Origin: Bacillota bacterium
GTDB lineage: Bacteria; Bacillota_I; Bacilli_A; RF39; UBA660
Length of the DNA: 64,000 bases
Reading direction: 5' to 3'
NCBI GenBank assembly: GCA_021771185.1
Contig: JAETPN010000003.1
Span: 70,575 to 134,574, forward strand
The notes below the pieces were generated by a model, which was not told the DNA's origin, did not search any database, and worked only from the letters and a program-made list of their open reading frames with translations. Below are positions 28,862 to 38,430 of the stretch, one piece after another (the first letter of the stretch is position 1; every line of letters begins with the position of its first letter). A program made the translations under genes and the position numbers.

Positions 28862-30309
28862 TAATACATACTCCAAGGGTTAATTCGTACACCACCATAC
28901 CAAGGACGTCCTCCACGCCAAACTTCATAATGAACATGAGGACCCGTTGCTAATCCAGATTGACCCACATAACCAATTACTTGCCCACGAGCGACAGTTT
29001 GTCCAGCACTTACTGCTTGTCTTTGCATATGTGCATAACAAGTATGATATCCATTATTATGGTTAATACATACATAATTTCCATCAGGCCAGCGATATCT
29101 TACTTCAGATACGACACCATTCGTTACGGCATAGATTGGTGAACCATATCCAGTACCACTAATATCTAGCGCTAAATGTGATTCACGGCTTCCACCAAAA
29201 ATACGATATCCATAATCTGAACTAATCGTCCATCCACTATTCGTTGGCCAAGCCCAGTTCGAAGTACTACCTACGGTTGGAACATACTTTTCACCTTTTA
29301 CTAAAATTTCATTGACTGCTGGTTTTAATACCTCTTTATTTTTTGGATCGACATAGTTTATAAATCCATTCACACGTTTCTCTTTTTGAGTAATACGAAC
29401 CGTTCCTTTTTCTCCCGCTTGAACAACTTCATCTTCACCAATTAATTTAGATTCATCATAGCGAATCTCAGTTTGATAATCACTTTCTTTATCTACGACT
29501 ACATGTTCTTCTACTACAACATCTACTTGTGGGTCAATGGTTCCAATGATTACTTGTTGTCCAGGAAATAATAAATTACTACTATCTGTAAATTCTGGAT
29601 TAGAAATCAGGAATTCTTCGGTACTAATCTCATTATTAAAAGCCACTTTTTCAATAGTATCGCCAGCTTGAACAGTATAATCTCTAGAAACAGGATTTGA
29701 TCCAAATAGCATATACTTTGACAATTCTTGTTCATCTGTATATATTTTTTCATTTACTGATACATTGGTTTCTTTAATACGAATCTTTTGATCAACATAA
29801 ATATTTTCAATCATGCGACCTGTGGATACAATTTCATTTTGCGTATCATTTAAATAACTTTCATATTTTTCACTACCAACAAAAGTCTTAATGGTATTTT
29901 CAATTGCTGTTTTAAATGTTCCTCGATCAATCACATAAATTTTTTGTTGTTTCTTATCTCTATTAATTGTAAATTGGTATCCTTTTACAGTAAAAGATTT
30001 TTTCTTTTCAATTTCTTTATAGATATCTCTTACCTTTTTTAACTCCTGATGATATGTTACAACCTTTTTAATTTCTAAGCCATTGGGGGCATAAACTTTG
30101 TTTACTTGATACTTTTTCTTATAATAATTTCCCCTTTGATCAATATATTTTTCTAACTCTTTTTTTGATTTTACAGTTCCTAAGAGTTCTTCATCTAAAT
30201 ATACTTGATAATAGGTATGGGGTTCAATATTATTGTTATAGTTAAACCCTAATAAAAAGATGATGGTACTAAGAAGTAACATCGTAATTATAAGTGTAAC
30301 TTTTTTCAT
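28861..30309 (-). CDS. secreted M23 peptidase with LysM and G5-like domains
   Basis: N-terminal anchor, LysM (YTVQAGDTIEKVAFNNEISTEEFLISNP), G5-like (IRYDESKLIGEDEVVQAGEKGTVRI), intact M23 site (HLALDISG, YAHM, GPHVHYEV). Confidence 0.85.
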   Translation of the reverse strand: MKKVTLIITMLLLSTIIFLLGFNYNNNIEPHTYYQVYLDEELLGTVKSKKELEKYIDQRGNYYKKKYQVNKVYAPNGLEIKKVVTYHQELKKVRDIYKEIEKKKSFTVKGYQFTINRDKKQQKIYVIDRGTFKTAIENTIKTFVGSEKYESYLNDTQNEIVSTGRMIENIYVDQKIRIKETNVSVNEKIYTDEQELSKYMLFGSNPVSRDYTVQAGDTIEKVAFNNEISTEEFLISNPEFTDSSNLLFPGQQVIIGTIDPQVDVVVEEHVVVDKESDYQTEIRYDESKLIGEDEVVQAGEKGTVRITQKEKRVNGFINYVDPKNKEVLKPAVNEILVKGEKYVPTVGSTSNWAWPTNSGWTISSDYGYRIFGGSRESHLALDISGTGYGSPIYAVTNGVVSEVRYRWPDGNYVCINHNNGYHTCYAHMQRQAVSAGQTVARGQVIGYVGQSGLATGPHVHYEVWRGGRPWYGGVRINPWSMY

Positions 30310-30316
30310 ACCTCAC

Positions 30317-31660
30317 CTAACTTTCCTCTGCTTCTACAAAATTTACAAATGTACTTGTATTTTTTCTAAACAATAAATTAACTGTTCCTGTTGGCCCTGC
30401 ACGATGTTTACGGATGATAAATTCACTTTGACTGACATCTGTATTTTGGGGTGCCTCTTTACTATAATAATCATCACGATATAGGAATGCTACAATATCT
30501 GCATCCTGTTCAATTGAACCAGATTCACGTAAGTCACTTAGAATTGGTCTCTTATCATCACGTGATTCTACACTACGAGATAACTGTGCAGCTGCAATCA
30601 CAGGAATTTCTAATTCCATAGCCATTGTTTTTAAGGCACGGCTAATCTCAGCAATTTCTTGTTGACGTTGCCCTGCATATTTACTAGAACCTTGAATTAA
30701 TTGTAAGTAGTCAATAATTACAATATCTAATCCTTGTTCGCTACTTGCAAGACGTCTACATTTTGCACGGATTTCACTAATGGTCATTCCAGGTGTATCA
30801 TCAATAAATATTTTCGTATCTGCCAAACGACTAATAGCTTCATTAACACGCTTCCAATCATTATGTTCTAAACGACCGGTCGCTAATTTCCCACCTTCAA
30901 TTTGACCTACAGACGCAAGCATACGACTCGCTAATTGTTCTGCACCCATTTCTAAGTTAAAAATGGCTACTGTTTTTTTCGCATGCATAGCTATATTGGT
31001 TGCAATATTTAACACAAAAGCGGTTTTTCCCATGGCTGGACGAGCGGCAATAATAATTAATTCATTTTTGTGAAATCCTGATGTGATTTTATCTAGATCA
31101 TAAAAGCCTGTTGGTAAACCTGTAATTTCACCCTTCGTTTGTGCTAGAAGCTCTAAATCACTTTGCGTTTTATAAAGAACATCCTGAATGGTTTTAAATT
31201 CACTACCTTTACGTGTTTTCACAACACTTAAAATCTTTTTTTCGGCATTATCTAAAACATCCGCAATTCCATTTGTCGCATTATATCCAGAAGTAACAAT
31301 TTCGGTTGCTTCTTCAATTAATCGTCTTAAAATTGCTTTTTCTTCCACAATTTTAATATACTCATCGACATTTGCGGCAGTTGGAACCATATTAATAATT
31401 TCAGTTAAATATTCTACATCACCAACAGATTTTAACAATTTCTTTTCATCTAAGGCAGCTGTCACTGTTGTAATATCAATAGGAGTCCCTTTTTCTGCAA
31501 GCTCTGAAATTACCGTAAAAATCTTTCCATGAGCATCTAAATAAAATAAATCACTACTTAAATTTTCTACACATTTTTGTAACGCATATTTAGATAAAAA
31601 CATGGATCCCAAAACTGATTTTTCAGCATCAATATGATGTGGTAATATATTTTCTTGCAT
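30317..31660 (-). CDS. dnaB: replicative DNA helicase (DnaB family; DnaC in Bacillus nomenclature)
   Basis: PHHIDAEKSVLGSMFL N-domain, Walker A ARPAMGKTAF, IIDYLQLI, SRSVESRDDKRP. Confidence 0.95.
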   Translation of the reverse strand: MQENILPHHIDAEKSVLGSMFLSKYALQKCVENLSSDLFYLDAHGKIFTVISELAEKGTPIDITTVTAALDEKKLLKSVGDVEYLTEIINMVPTAANVDEYIKIVEEKAILRRLIEEATEIVTSGYNATNGIADVLDNAEKKILSVVKTRKGSEFKTIQDVLYKTQSDLELLAQTKGEITGLPTGFYDLDKITSGFHKNELIIIAARPAMGKTAFVLNIATNIAMHAKKTVAIFNLEMGAEQLASRMLASVGQIEGGKLATGRLEHNDWKRVNEAISRLADTKIFIDDTPGMTISEIRAKCRRLASSEQGLDIVIIDYLQLIQGSSKYAGQRQQEIAEISRALKTMAMELEIPVIAAAQLSRSVESRDDKRPILSDLRESGSIEQDADIVAFLYRDDYYSKEAPQNTDVSQSEFIIRKHRAGPTGTVNLLFRKNTSTFVNFVEAEES

Positions 31661-31668
31661 TTTATCAC

Positions 31669-32115
31669 CTAACTTCCTTTGACTAAATGTACTTTTAATT
31701 TTACTTGAACTTGTTTATGTAATTCAATCATAACTTCATGATATCCTAAACTTGTTAATGGATTTTTATCGATAATTTTCTTCTTATCAATGTCATATCC
31801 TATTTTTTTTAGTTCGCTAACAATTTGTTTTGGAGTTACACTACCAAAAACTTTATCTCCTTTTCCTGTCTTAACCGAAAAAGTTAATTCTTTCTGTTCT
31901 AATTCCTTTTTTAATTCTTCGCATTGTTTAATAAGTTCTGCTTCAGCTTCTTCTTTTTTCTTATTTTCAGTATCTAAATGTTTAACATTTGAAGTACTAG
32001 CTAAAACAGCATATCCATTTTTAATTAAAAAGTTTTGACCATAACCTGGTTTTACTTCTTTTATTTCTCCTTTTTTTCCTTGACCTTTTAGGTCTTTTAT
32101 AAAAATTACTTTCAT
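31669..32115 (-). CDS. rplI: 50S ribosomal protein L9
   Basis: [31 protein letters not shown], 148 aa. Confidence 0.95.
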   Translation of the reverse strand: MKVIFIKDLKGQGKKGEIKEVKPGYGQNFLIKNGYAVLASTSNVKHLDTENKKKEEAEAELIKQCEELKKELEQKELTFSVKTGKGDKVFGSVTPKQIVSELKKIGYDIDKKKIIDKNPLTSLGYHEVMIELHKQVQVKLKVHLVKGS

Positions 32116-33092
32116 AGTTCACCTCGATTAATAATTTCTAATAATTGTTCTTTGGCTTGATGGATCGTCACATTTGATAATTGGGTTGCAGCATCACTTT
32201 TATGTCCACCACCTTGAAGCGCTAACATAATCTTTTGAACGTCAATCGTTCCAACGCTTCGAGCACTAATTCCTACTTCATGAGGACCAATTTTTCCAAT
32301 CGCAAAAGCAGCTTCAACATGATCAAATTGTAACAATTCTTCCGCAATGATTGCTAAATCACTCTTTTGAAAAATTTCTTCATTTAACGTACATAAAGCC
32401 ATTTTTTCATTAATCATATAACTTGTTTTAATAAAATCTTGACGACGTTTATATACTTCCATACTTTGTTGTAATAATGTTTGTTTATCAATATTATTCG
32501 CACCCATTTTCATCAAATAAGAAGCTACTTCATAGGTACGATCTGTTGTTTTAATATTATAACTATTCGTATCAATTTCCATCCCTGCTAACATAATCGT
32601 TCCAACAATAGGGGAAACATTAATCTTTAATTCATGAAGATATAATGTTACAAATTCTACCATACTAGATAATCTTGAATTAATATAAGTTAATTCACTA
32701 CCTTCAAGAGCATCAACAAGTTTAATGTGATGATCTAATACCACTTGATGTTTAAAAAATTCATACATCCATGGTTGATCTAAAAGTTTTATATTATGGG
32801 TATCTATCACTAGTAACAAGGTGTTTTCACTATCCATTTTACGAACTTCTTGACTGCCCACAAGATGGACTTTAACATGATATAAATCTAATTTTTCTAA
32901 GGCTTTTACAACGGATGTATTATTGATTTCTTCCTCCATATAAATAACTACCTGTTTATTCATAGATTTTAAAATACGATACATTCCTAAAACAGAACCT
33001 AGGGAATCTAAATCCATATTTTTATGACCTGTTAATACAAAAGAATTATATTGTTTAAAAATCATCGTTAATTTATCAAAAACACGATTCAT
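32112..33092 (-). CDS. stand-alone DHH/DHHA1 phosphoesterase at the gdpP (yybT) position
   Basis: [19 protein letters not shown] and GGGH motifs. About 326 aa with no TM/PAS/GGDEF N-terminal part. ATGA overlap with rplI. Start ATG 33090-33092 behind GGGGTGA. Confidence 0.8.
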   Translation of the reverse strand: MNRVFDKLTMIFKQYNSFVLTGHKNMDLDSLGSVLGMYRILKSMNKQVVIYMEEEINNTSVVKALEKLDLYHVKVHLVGSQEVRKMDSENTLLLVIDTHNIKLLDQPWMYEFFKHQVVLDHHIKLVDALEGSELTYINSRLSSMVEFVTLYLHELKINVSPIVGTIMLAGMEIDTNSYNIKTTDRTYEVASYLMKMGANNIDKQTLLQQSMEVYKRRQDFIKTSYMINEKMALCTLNEEIFQKSDLAIIAEELLQFDHVEAAFAIGKIGPHEVGISARSVGTIDVQKIMLALQGGGHKSDAATQLSNVTIHQAKEQLLEIINRGEL

Positions 33093-33230
33093 CCTATCAC
33101 CCCACATATTAACATTATACTATAAAATCAATCTTCTGTCTTTATCTTTGAAGACATTTTCTATTATTTTATTTCGTCATAGTAATTTATTATAACACAT
33201 TCTTTTTTGGAACTAAAGGTTTTATCACAA

Positions 33231-33259
33231 CAAAAAAAGATGAATTCAAAAGAATTCAT
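33231..33259 (-). terminator. terminator after whiA
   Basis: ATGAATTC (33240-33247) / GAATTCAT (33252-33259), 4-nt loop, then CTTTTTTTG on the minus strand. Confidence 0.65.
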
Positions 33260-34176
33260 TTTTTTAATTTCAAAGCCATATCTTTTATTTTTTTTAAACG
33301 ATGATGTACCCCAGATTTTGTAATTTTTTCTCCTGTTTCTAACGTTATAATTTCACTTAATTCCTGAAGCGATACTTCTGGATACTTTTTACGATAAAGA
33401 CAGACATTTTGTAATTTATCATCTAGAGTATCCAGAAGGCCAGCCTCTTCTAACAAGTTAATATCCTTAATTTGAGTATTTGCAGTTTCTACGATTTTAT
33501 CAACATTCGCCTGTTCACAATTATTTAGACGATTGGTATTATTTTTTTGATCTCGATAAATACGAATTTCTTCATAATATAAAACTGCATTCATCGCATC
33601 AATTAGTCGTAAAAAATCACTGATCTTTTCTGCTTCTTTAATATAAACCATATACTTGTTTTCTCGCTTTAATACTTTACTATTTAATGTATAATAATTT
33701 AATAAATCTGAAATAAAGCAAGCATATTCTTTTTCATTAATGACAAATTCTAAATGGTACCTCGATGTTTTTGGATCATTAATACTACCAACAGCCAAAA
33801 AAACACCACGAAGATAAGATTTTTTTAATACATCATCATCGATTAAATAAGGTTCTGGAAGAGACCGATATTTTCCTTGATGAAGAATTCCTACATCGTT
33901 TAAAATTTTTTCTTTTTGACGACGAATTTCGATAATATAAATATAATTTTTTGTGAAATTATATCCTCTACGAACCGTGACATTCGCATGAATATCATAA
34001 ATTTCCTTCATTAAATCAAAGATACGGCGGGCCAACATAGGATTTTCGGTTGTTACTTTTACGGTATCATCAATATCAGCAATATTACGAAAAATACCTG
34101 ATAATTCCGCTAAATATTCTGGTCGTTCATATCTTTTTTTACTAATTTCTGTTTTCACAGTTCCAGTAAAGGACAT
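33256..34176 (-). CDS. whiA: DNA-binding protein WhiA
   Basis: 306 aa, MSFTGTVKTEI start, C-terminal HTH (KSGVHHRLKKI). Immediately downstream of yvcK, as in most Gram-positives. Confidence 0.88.
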   Translation of the reverse strand: MSFTGTVKTEISKKRYERPEYLAELSGIFRNIADIDDTVKVTTENPMLARRIFDLMKEIYDIHANVTVRRGYNFTKNYIYIIEIRRQKEKILNDVGILHQGKYRSLPEPYLIDDDVLKKSYLRGVFLAVGSINDPKTSRYHLEFVINEKEYACFISDLLNYYTLNSKVLKRENKYMVYIKEAEKISDFLRLIDAMNAVLYYEEIRIYRDQKNNTNRLNNCEQANVDKIVETANTQIKDINLLEEAGLLDTLDDKLQNVCLYRKKYPEVSLQELSEIITLETGEKITKSGVHHRLKKIKDMALKLKK

Positions 34177-34187
34177 AATATCCCTCC

Positions 34188-35126
34188 TTATAATAGTGAT
34201 GAATAAATATCAAAGCCTAATTTCATCGCATCATGATGAATTTGATCATCAACAATTTTTATTAACTGATCTTCAATGACATGAACATCTTTTAAATTTT
34301 CATAATCAATGATTACTGGATCTTTTTGTTCTTTAACAAGGTATTTATCAATTATACTTTGTTTAATTTCTCCCTTATTCACAATGACATCACTGATTTT
34401 CTTTTTTCCTAAATAATGATTTAAAACATGAACATGATCACTAACCGTAAAGTCATCCGTTTCGCCTGGTTGTGTCATAATGTTGCATGTATAAATAATT
34501 TTTGCGTCACTTTCGTCAAGTGCTTTAATGATATCTTCACTAATTAAATCGCAAATAACACTGGTAAATAAGCTTCCCATACTAAGAACAATCGCGTCAG
34601 CTTCCTTGATATGTTCTAAAACTTTTTTAGGAATCTTTGGTTTTTGTTTATAAAAAACGGTATCAATTTGTTTTCTTGATTCAGTAATATTATGTTCTCC
34701 TTCTACAATCGTTCCATCTTTCATTTTAGCCATCAAAATAATATTATCCTCTGTTAAAGGTAATACACGTCCATTTAAATTAAAAATTTTTCCTAACGTT
34801 TCAATTCCATCAGACATATTCCCAGTAATGTTGGATAATGCAGTTAAAATTAAATTTCCAACGGTATGTCCATCTAAATCACTTGTAGTATTAAAACGAT
34901 AATTCATTAATTTTTCTACTAACGGTTCCACTTCAGATAAAGCAACTAAAACACGACGTAAATCTCCCATCGCAGGAACATTAAATTCTTCGCGTAACCG
35001 ACCTGTACTTTTACCATCATCACTAACAGATACAACCGCTGTAATATCTACTGGAAACTCCTTTAATCCTTTTAACATGGTTGATAGGCCATTCCCACCA
35101 CCAAATACAACTACTTTCTTTTTCAT
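34188..35126 (-). CDS. yvcK: YvcK-family gluconeogenesis/cell-shape factor (CofD-like)
   Basis: MKKKVVVFGGGNGLSTMLKGLK..., SVSDDGKSTGRLR, GPGSLFTS-like (SMGSLFTSV). Confidence 0.9.
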   Translation of the reverse strand: MKKKVVVFGGGNGLSTMLKGLKEFPVDITAVVSVSDDGKSTGRLREEFNVPAMGDLRRVLVALSEVEPLVEKLMNYRFNTTSDLDGHTVGNLILTALSNITGNMSDGIETLGKIFNLNGRVLPLTEDNIILMAKMKDGTIVEGEHNITESRKQIDTVFYKQKPKIPKKVLEHIKEADAIVLSMGSLFTSVICDLISEDIIKALDESDAKIIYTCNIMTQPGETDDFTVSDHVHVLNHYLGKKKISDVIVNKGEIKQSIIDKYLVKEQKDPVIIDYENLKDVHVIEDQLIKIVDDQIHHDAMKLGFDIYSSLL

Positions 35127-35342
35127 ATAACCACCTACTTCATTATACTACATTTTAGGCGATTTGTTCAAAAGACTAGAAATTGAAATAACGATTCACT
35201 TTAAAATTTATTTTAAAATTCTTGACATTTTCTACTATTTTATCTTAATTCTAGTTTCTTACTCTTTTCTTTAAAAATATTTTTTCTTGTAAAATATACT
35301 CCATAGGTAATATTTTTACTCATTCAATGCTTTTTTTCCTTT

Positions 35343-35380
35343 ATCAAAAAAAGATCACTCTTAAAAATTTGAGTGATCTT
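35343..35380 (-). terminator. terminator after trxB
   Basis: AAGATCACTC (35351-35360) / GAGTGATCTT (35371-35380), 10-nt loop, T-runs on both strands. Confidence 0.65.
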
Positions 35381-35381
35381 T

Positions 35382-36275
35382 TTATTTTAAATATTTAATA
35401 ATATTACTTGCGGCTATAGCCCCTTCACCTACTGCGGTTGAGATTTGATAAAGATCTTTTTTGATAACATCTCCACAAGCATAAATACCTGGAATATTTG
35501 TTTCTAAATGATTATTTACAACAAGATAACCATCATTTAGTGTACATAAATCTTTGATAAAAGAAGTTTCTGGAAGTTGGCCAATATAAATAAATACACC
35601 TGTAACGGAAAGCACTTCACCATTTGTTAAAGAAATCTCTGAAACTTTCTCTTCTTTTTCTCTAATTTCTTTTACTTCGGTATTTAATTTTTCAATAATT
35701 TTAGGATGTTTTTTAATTTTTTGAACAAAAATATCATCGGCACGGTACGTATTCCTTCTGTGAACAAGATACACCGTTTTACAAATATCCGCTAAATATA
35801 AGGCTTCCTCTAAGGCACTATTACCTCCACCAACAACGACAACATCTTGATCTTTATAAAGCATTCCATCACAATAAGCACAATAGCTAATACCATGACC
35901 TACTAAAGAATTTTCATTTGGTAAACCTAATTCGCGAGGTTTTCTTCCGGAAGCAATAATAATCGCTTTCGCTCTGATTTGTTCTAAATCTGTATGAACG
36001 ATTTTTTCATTTCCTAGATTTTCTATAGATTCTACTGTTCCATATTGATAAGGAATATCTAAAGCATTAGTTTGATCAAACATATTTAGCGCAAGAGTTG
36101 GTCCATCAATTTGTTTAAATCCAGGATAATTTTCAATCATAGAGGTTCGATTGATTTGGCCTCCTGGAACCCCTTGATCTAACATAAGAACATCTACTCC
36201 AGCACGTTTTAAATAAATGGAAGCAGTCATTCCAGCTACACCAGCACCTATAACAACACAATCAACGTTTTTCAT
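35382..36275 (-). CDS. trxB: thioredoxin-disulfide reductase
   Basis: VVIGAGVAGMTASIY (FAD), CAYCDG redox CxxC, VVGGGNSALEEA (NADPH), GDV. Confidence 0.9.
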   Translation of the reverse strand: MKNVDCVVIGAGVAGMTASIYLKRAGVDVLMLDQGVPGGQINRTSMIENYPGFKQIDGPTLALNMFDQTNALDIPYQYGTVESIENLGNEKIVHTDLEQIRAKAIIIASGRKPRELGLPNENSLVGHGISYCAYCDGMLYKDQDVVVVGGGNSALEEALYLADICKTVYLVHRRNTYRADDIFVQKIKKHPKIIEKLNTEVKEIREKEEKVSEISLTNGEVLSVTGVFIYIGQLPETSFIKDLCTLNDGYLVVNNHLETNIPGIYACGDVIKKDLYQISTAVGEGAIAASNIIKYLK

Positions 36276-37074
36276 TTAACATGATCCTTTCATAATAAAG
36301 ATGATCAAATTTTGACTCTTTACGATGTTTTAAAAAGATGAGTACGCCAACTATAATCATAATAATAGAAACCATTTGAGCCATTTTTATTGGTCCTAAC
36401 ATTAAACTATCCATGCGTAATCCTTCAATAAAGAAACGGCCTAATCCATACCATATCAAATAAAAGGATAACATGTCTCCAACTTTACGATATTGTCCTT
36501 TACGATAGAAAAGAATTAAAACAAAACCAATCAAACACCAAAGAGATTCATAAAGAAAGGTTGGTTGATAATATACACCACCAATATGCATTCCATCGAT
36601 AATAAATTGTGGTAAATGAAGGCCTTGTAAAAATTTTAAAGTTGTCTCTGGTCCATAAGCTTCTCCATTTAAAAAGTTACCCCAACGACCTATAGCTTGT
36701 CCTAAAAGAAGACTAACAACTAAAATATCTAAGATACGAACAGTAGATACTTTATGTTTCTTTGTATAAAAGATAACCCAAAGTAACCCTGCAAGTAACG
36801 CTCCATGAATAGCCAAACCACCTTCCCATACTTTAAAAATTTCAAGGACATTTTGACTATAATAATCCCAATGAAAAGCTACAAAATAAAGACGAGCTCC
36901 TAGAATGGCTACAGGTACTAAATAAAAGAACATATTAATCATAAAATCTTCCGGAAGTCCAAATTTTTTTGATTCTCTAAGCGCTAATGTTCCACCTAAT
37001 AATAATGCTAAAAAGATAAGAACCGAATACCAATAAATTTGAATAATCCCTAAATCTAAAAAAATCGCATTCAT
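36262..37074 (-). CDS. lgt: prolipoprotein diacylglyceryl transferase
   Basis: GLAIHGALLAG, GRWGNFLNGEAYG signature; 270 aa with TGA stop at the expected length. Confidence 0.92.
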   Translation of the reverse strand: MNAIFLDLGIIQIYWYSVLIFLALLLGGTLALRESKKFGLPEDFMINMFFYLVPVAILGARLYFVAFHWDYYSQNVLEIFKVWEGGLAIHGALLAGLLWVIFYTKKHKVSTVRILDILVVSLLLGQAIGRWGNFLNGEAYGPETTLKFLQGLHLPQFIIDGMHIGGVYYQPTFLYESLWCLIGFVLILFYRKGQYRKVGDMLSFYLIWYGLGRFFIEGLRMDSLMLGPIKMAQMVSIIMIIVGVLIFLKHRKESKFDHLYYERIMLNEKR

Positions 37075-37077
37075 ATG

Positions 37078-37491
37078 TTACCCCTTTCTAAACAATGGTT
37101 TTATAATAAGTTCTGATACACCAAAATTAATACAACTAATACAAACAGCTACAATAAAAGACATCCATAACCCATGAATCGCAAAATGTTCAAAAGTAAT
37201 AAGCTCAACTAATTTTAATATAAATACATTAATAAATGGATAAAACAATCCTGCCGTTAATCCTGTAATAGGTAGTGTTAACCAAACTAATAAAGGTTTA
37301 ATTGTTTTATTTAACACATAAATGATAAATGCGACAAATATACCCCAAAACCAGGTATTTGTAGGATCAATATAAATTGTTTTCTTAAAAACAAGAGACA
37401 AGAACAGTAAAATCATTCCATATGCTAATAAGTTTATTGCCCAATCGATAAATGCTTTGATATATTTTTGATATTTATTTATCTTCATCAT
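37078..37491 (-). CDS. phage-holin-4_2 family (YvlD-like) membrane protein
   Basis: NKTIKPLLVWLTLPITGLTAGLFYPFINVFILKLV and four TM segments match PF04020-type proteins. Start ATG 37491 or 37488. Confidence 0.7.
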   Translation of the reverse strand: MMKINKYQKYIKAFIDWAINLLAYGMILLFLSLVFKKTIYIDPTNTWFWGIFVAFIIYVLNKTIKPLLVWLTLPITGLTAGLFYPFINVFILKLVELITFEHFAIHGLWMSFIVAVCISCINFGVSELIIKPLFRKG

Positions 37492-37573
37492 GAACATCTC
37501 CTTTTTTTATTATAACAAAAATTAAATAAAACTACAACGCGTTCTATTTCATCATATGTAAAAAAAAAGATCC

Positions 37574-38428
37574 TTATGAATGATCAAAACGTTTCCGATA
37601 AGAACAACGTTTACATAATTCACACGAAATCTTTTGACATAAAAATCCTTGATATATTTTTTGATATAAATCACTTTCTAAAATATTGGGAAATGATTGA
37701 TCAAAAATATTTCCCAAAGAAAGAATACCATCACTATCTAAACAACATGGAATCACTGTACCATCACTTAGAATCCCCAAATGATCTCTTGTGCCAAGAC
37801 AAGTACCTGTATCTGAAACAAAAGGAAGTGATAATTGTGGCCAATCAAAAAGATCTCCTTTATTTAAATATAGATGGTCTTGTAGTTTTAAATTTTTCTC
37901 ATGTTTGATCTCATTTAAAAGTGAAGGAGATAGGTGATAATGATTTAAAATTTTCACAAGCATGCCTTCCATATCTTTGGTAAGTACATTGTTTTCTAAC
38001 GTCCAAAAACGATAATTTATATGAATAGGGGAGGTTGTTAAAATTTTATCTGTAGCAAGTAAAATATCTTCTATATACTTTTCCTCTTTTTTAAAATGAT
38101 GTAGGGACACATTAATCTGTCGAACAACCATGGATTCTATAATATCATCTACTCTAGAGAGCAGTAAGGTACCATTGGTTGTAAGATTAACTTTCTTATT
38201 GTACTTTTTACACAAATTCAAAATTCCCTTGAAATTACTATGTAAAAGTGGTTCTCCTTTCACATGAAGATACAAGTAATCTGTATATGAATCAATTTCT
38301 TTTAAGATATGTTCAACCTCATCTAAAGACATACTTTTCTTTGGCTTTTTATCTATAGAACAAAAAGAACAAGATCGATTACAACAATTCGTAATCTCAA
38401 TATAAATTCTTTTAAATCTCTTTTTCAT
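37574..38428 (-). CDS. radical SAM enzyme with C-terminal SPASM-type Cys cluster
   Basis: CNRSCSFC (CxxxCxxC) at residues 16-23; C-terminal GTVIPCCLDSDG...CELCKRCSY. Confidence 0.8.
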   Translation of the reverse strand: MKKRFKRIYIEITNCCNRSCSFCSIDKKPKKSMSLDEVEHILKEIDSYTDYLYLHVKGEPLLHSNFKGILNLCKKYNKKVNLTTNGTLLLSRVDDIIESMVVRQINVSLHHFKKEEKYIEDILLATDKILTTSPIHINYRFWTLENNVLTKDMEGMLVKILNHYHLSPSLLNEIKHEKNLKLQDHLYLNKGDLFDWPQLSLPFVSDTGTCLGTRDHLGILSDGTVIPCCLDSDGILSLGNIFDQSFPNILESDLYQKIYQGFLCQKISCELCKRCSYRKRFDHS

Positions 38429-38430
38429 TC

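Noticed and set aside
35222-35385. A plus-strand TTGACA-N17-TTAATT sits in the yvcK-trxB gap, pointing at the bidirectional trxB terminator. This could be a roughly 140-nt sRNA.
   Set aside because: The -10 matches only 3 of 6 positions. I could see no conserved structure. Promoter-like hexamers are frequent in AT-rich spacers. RNA-seq would be needed before calling a gene.
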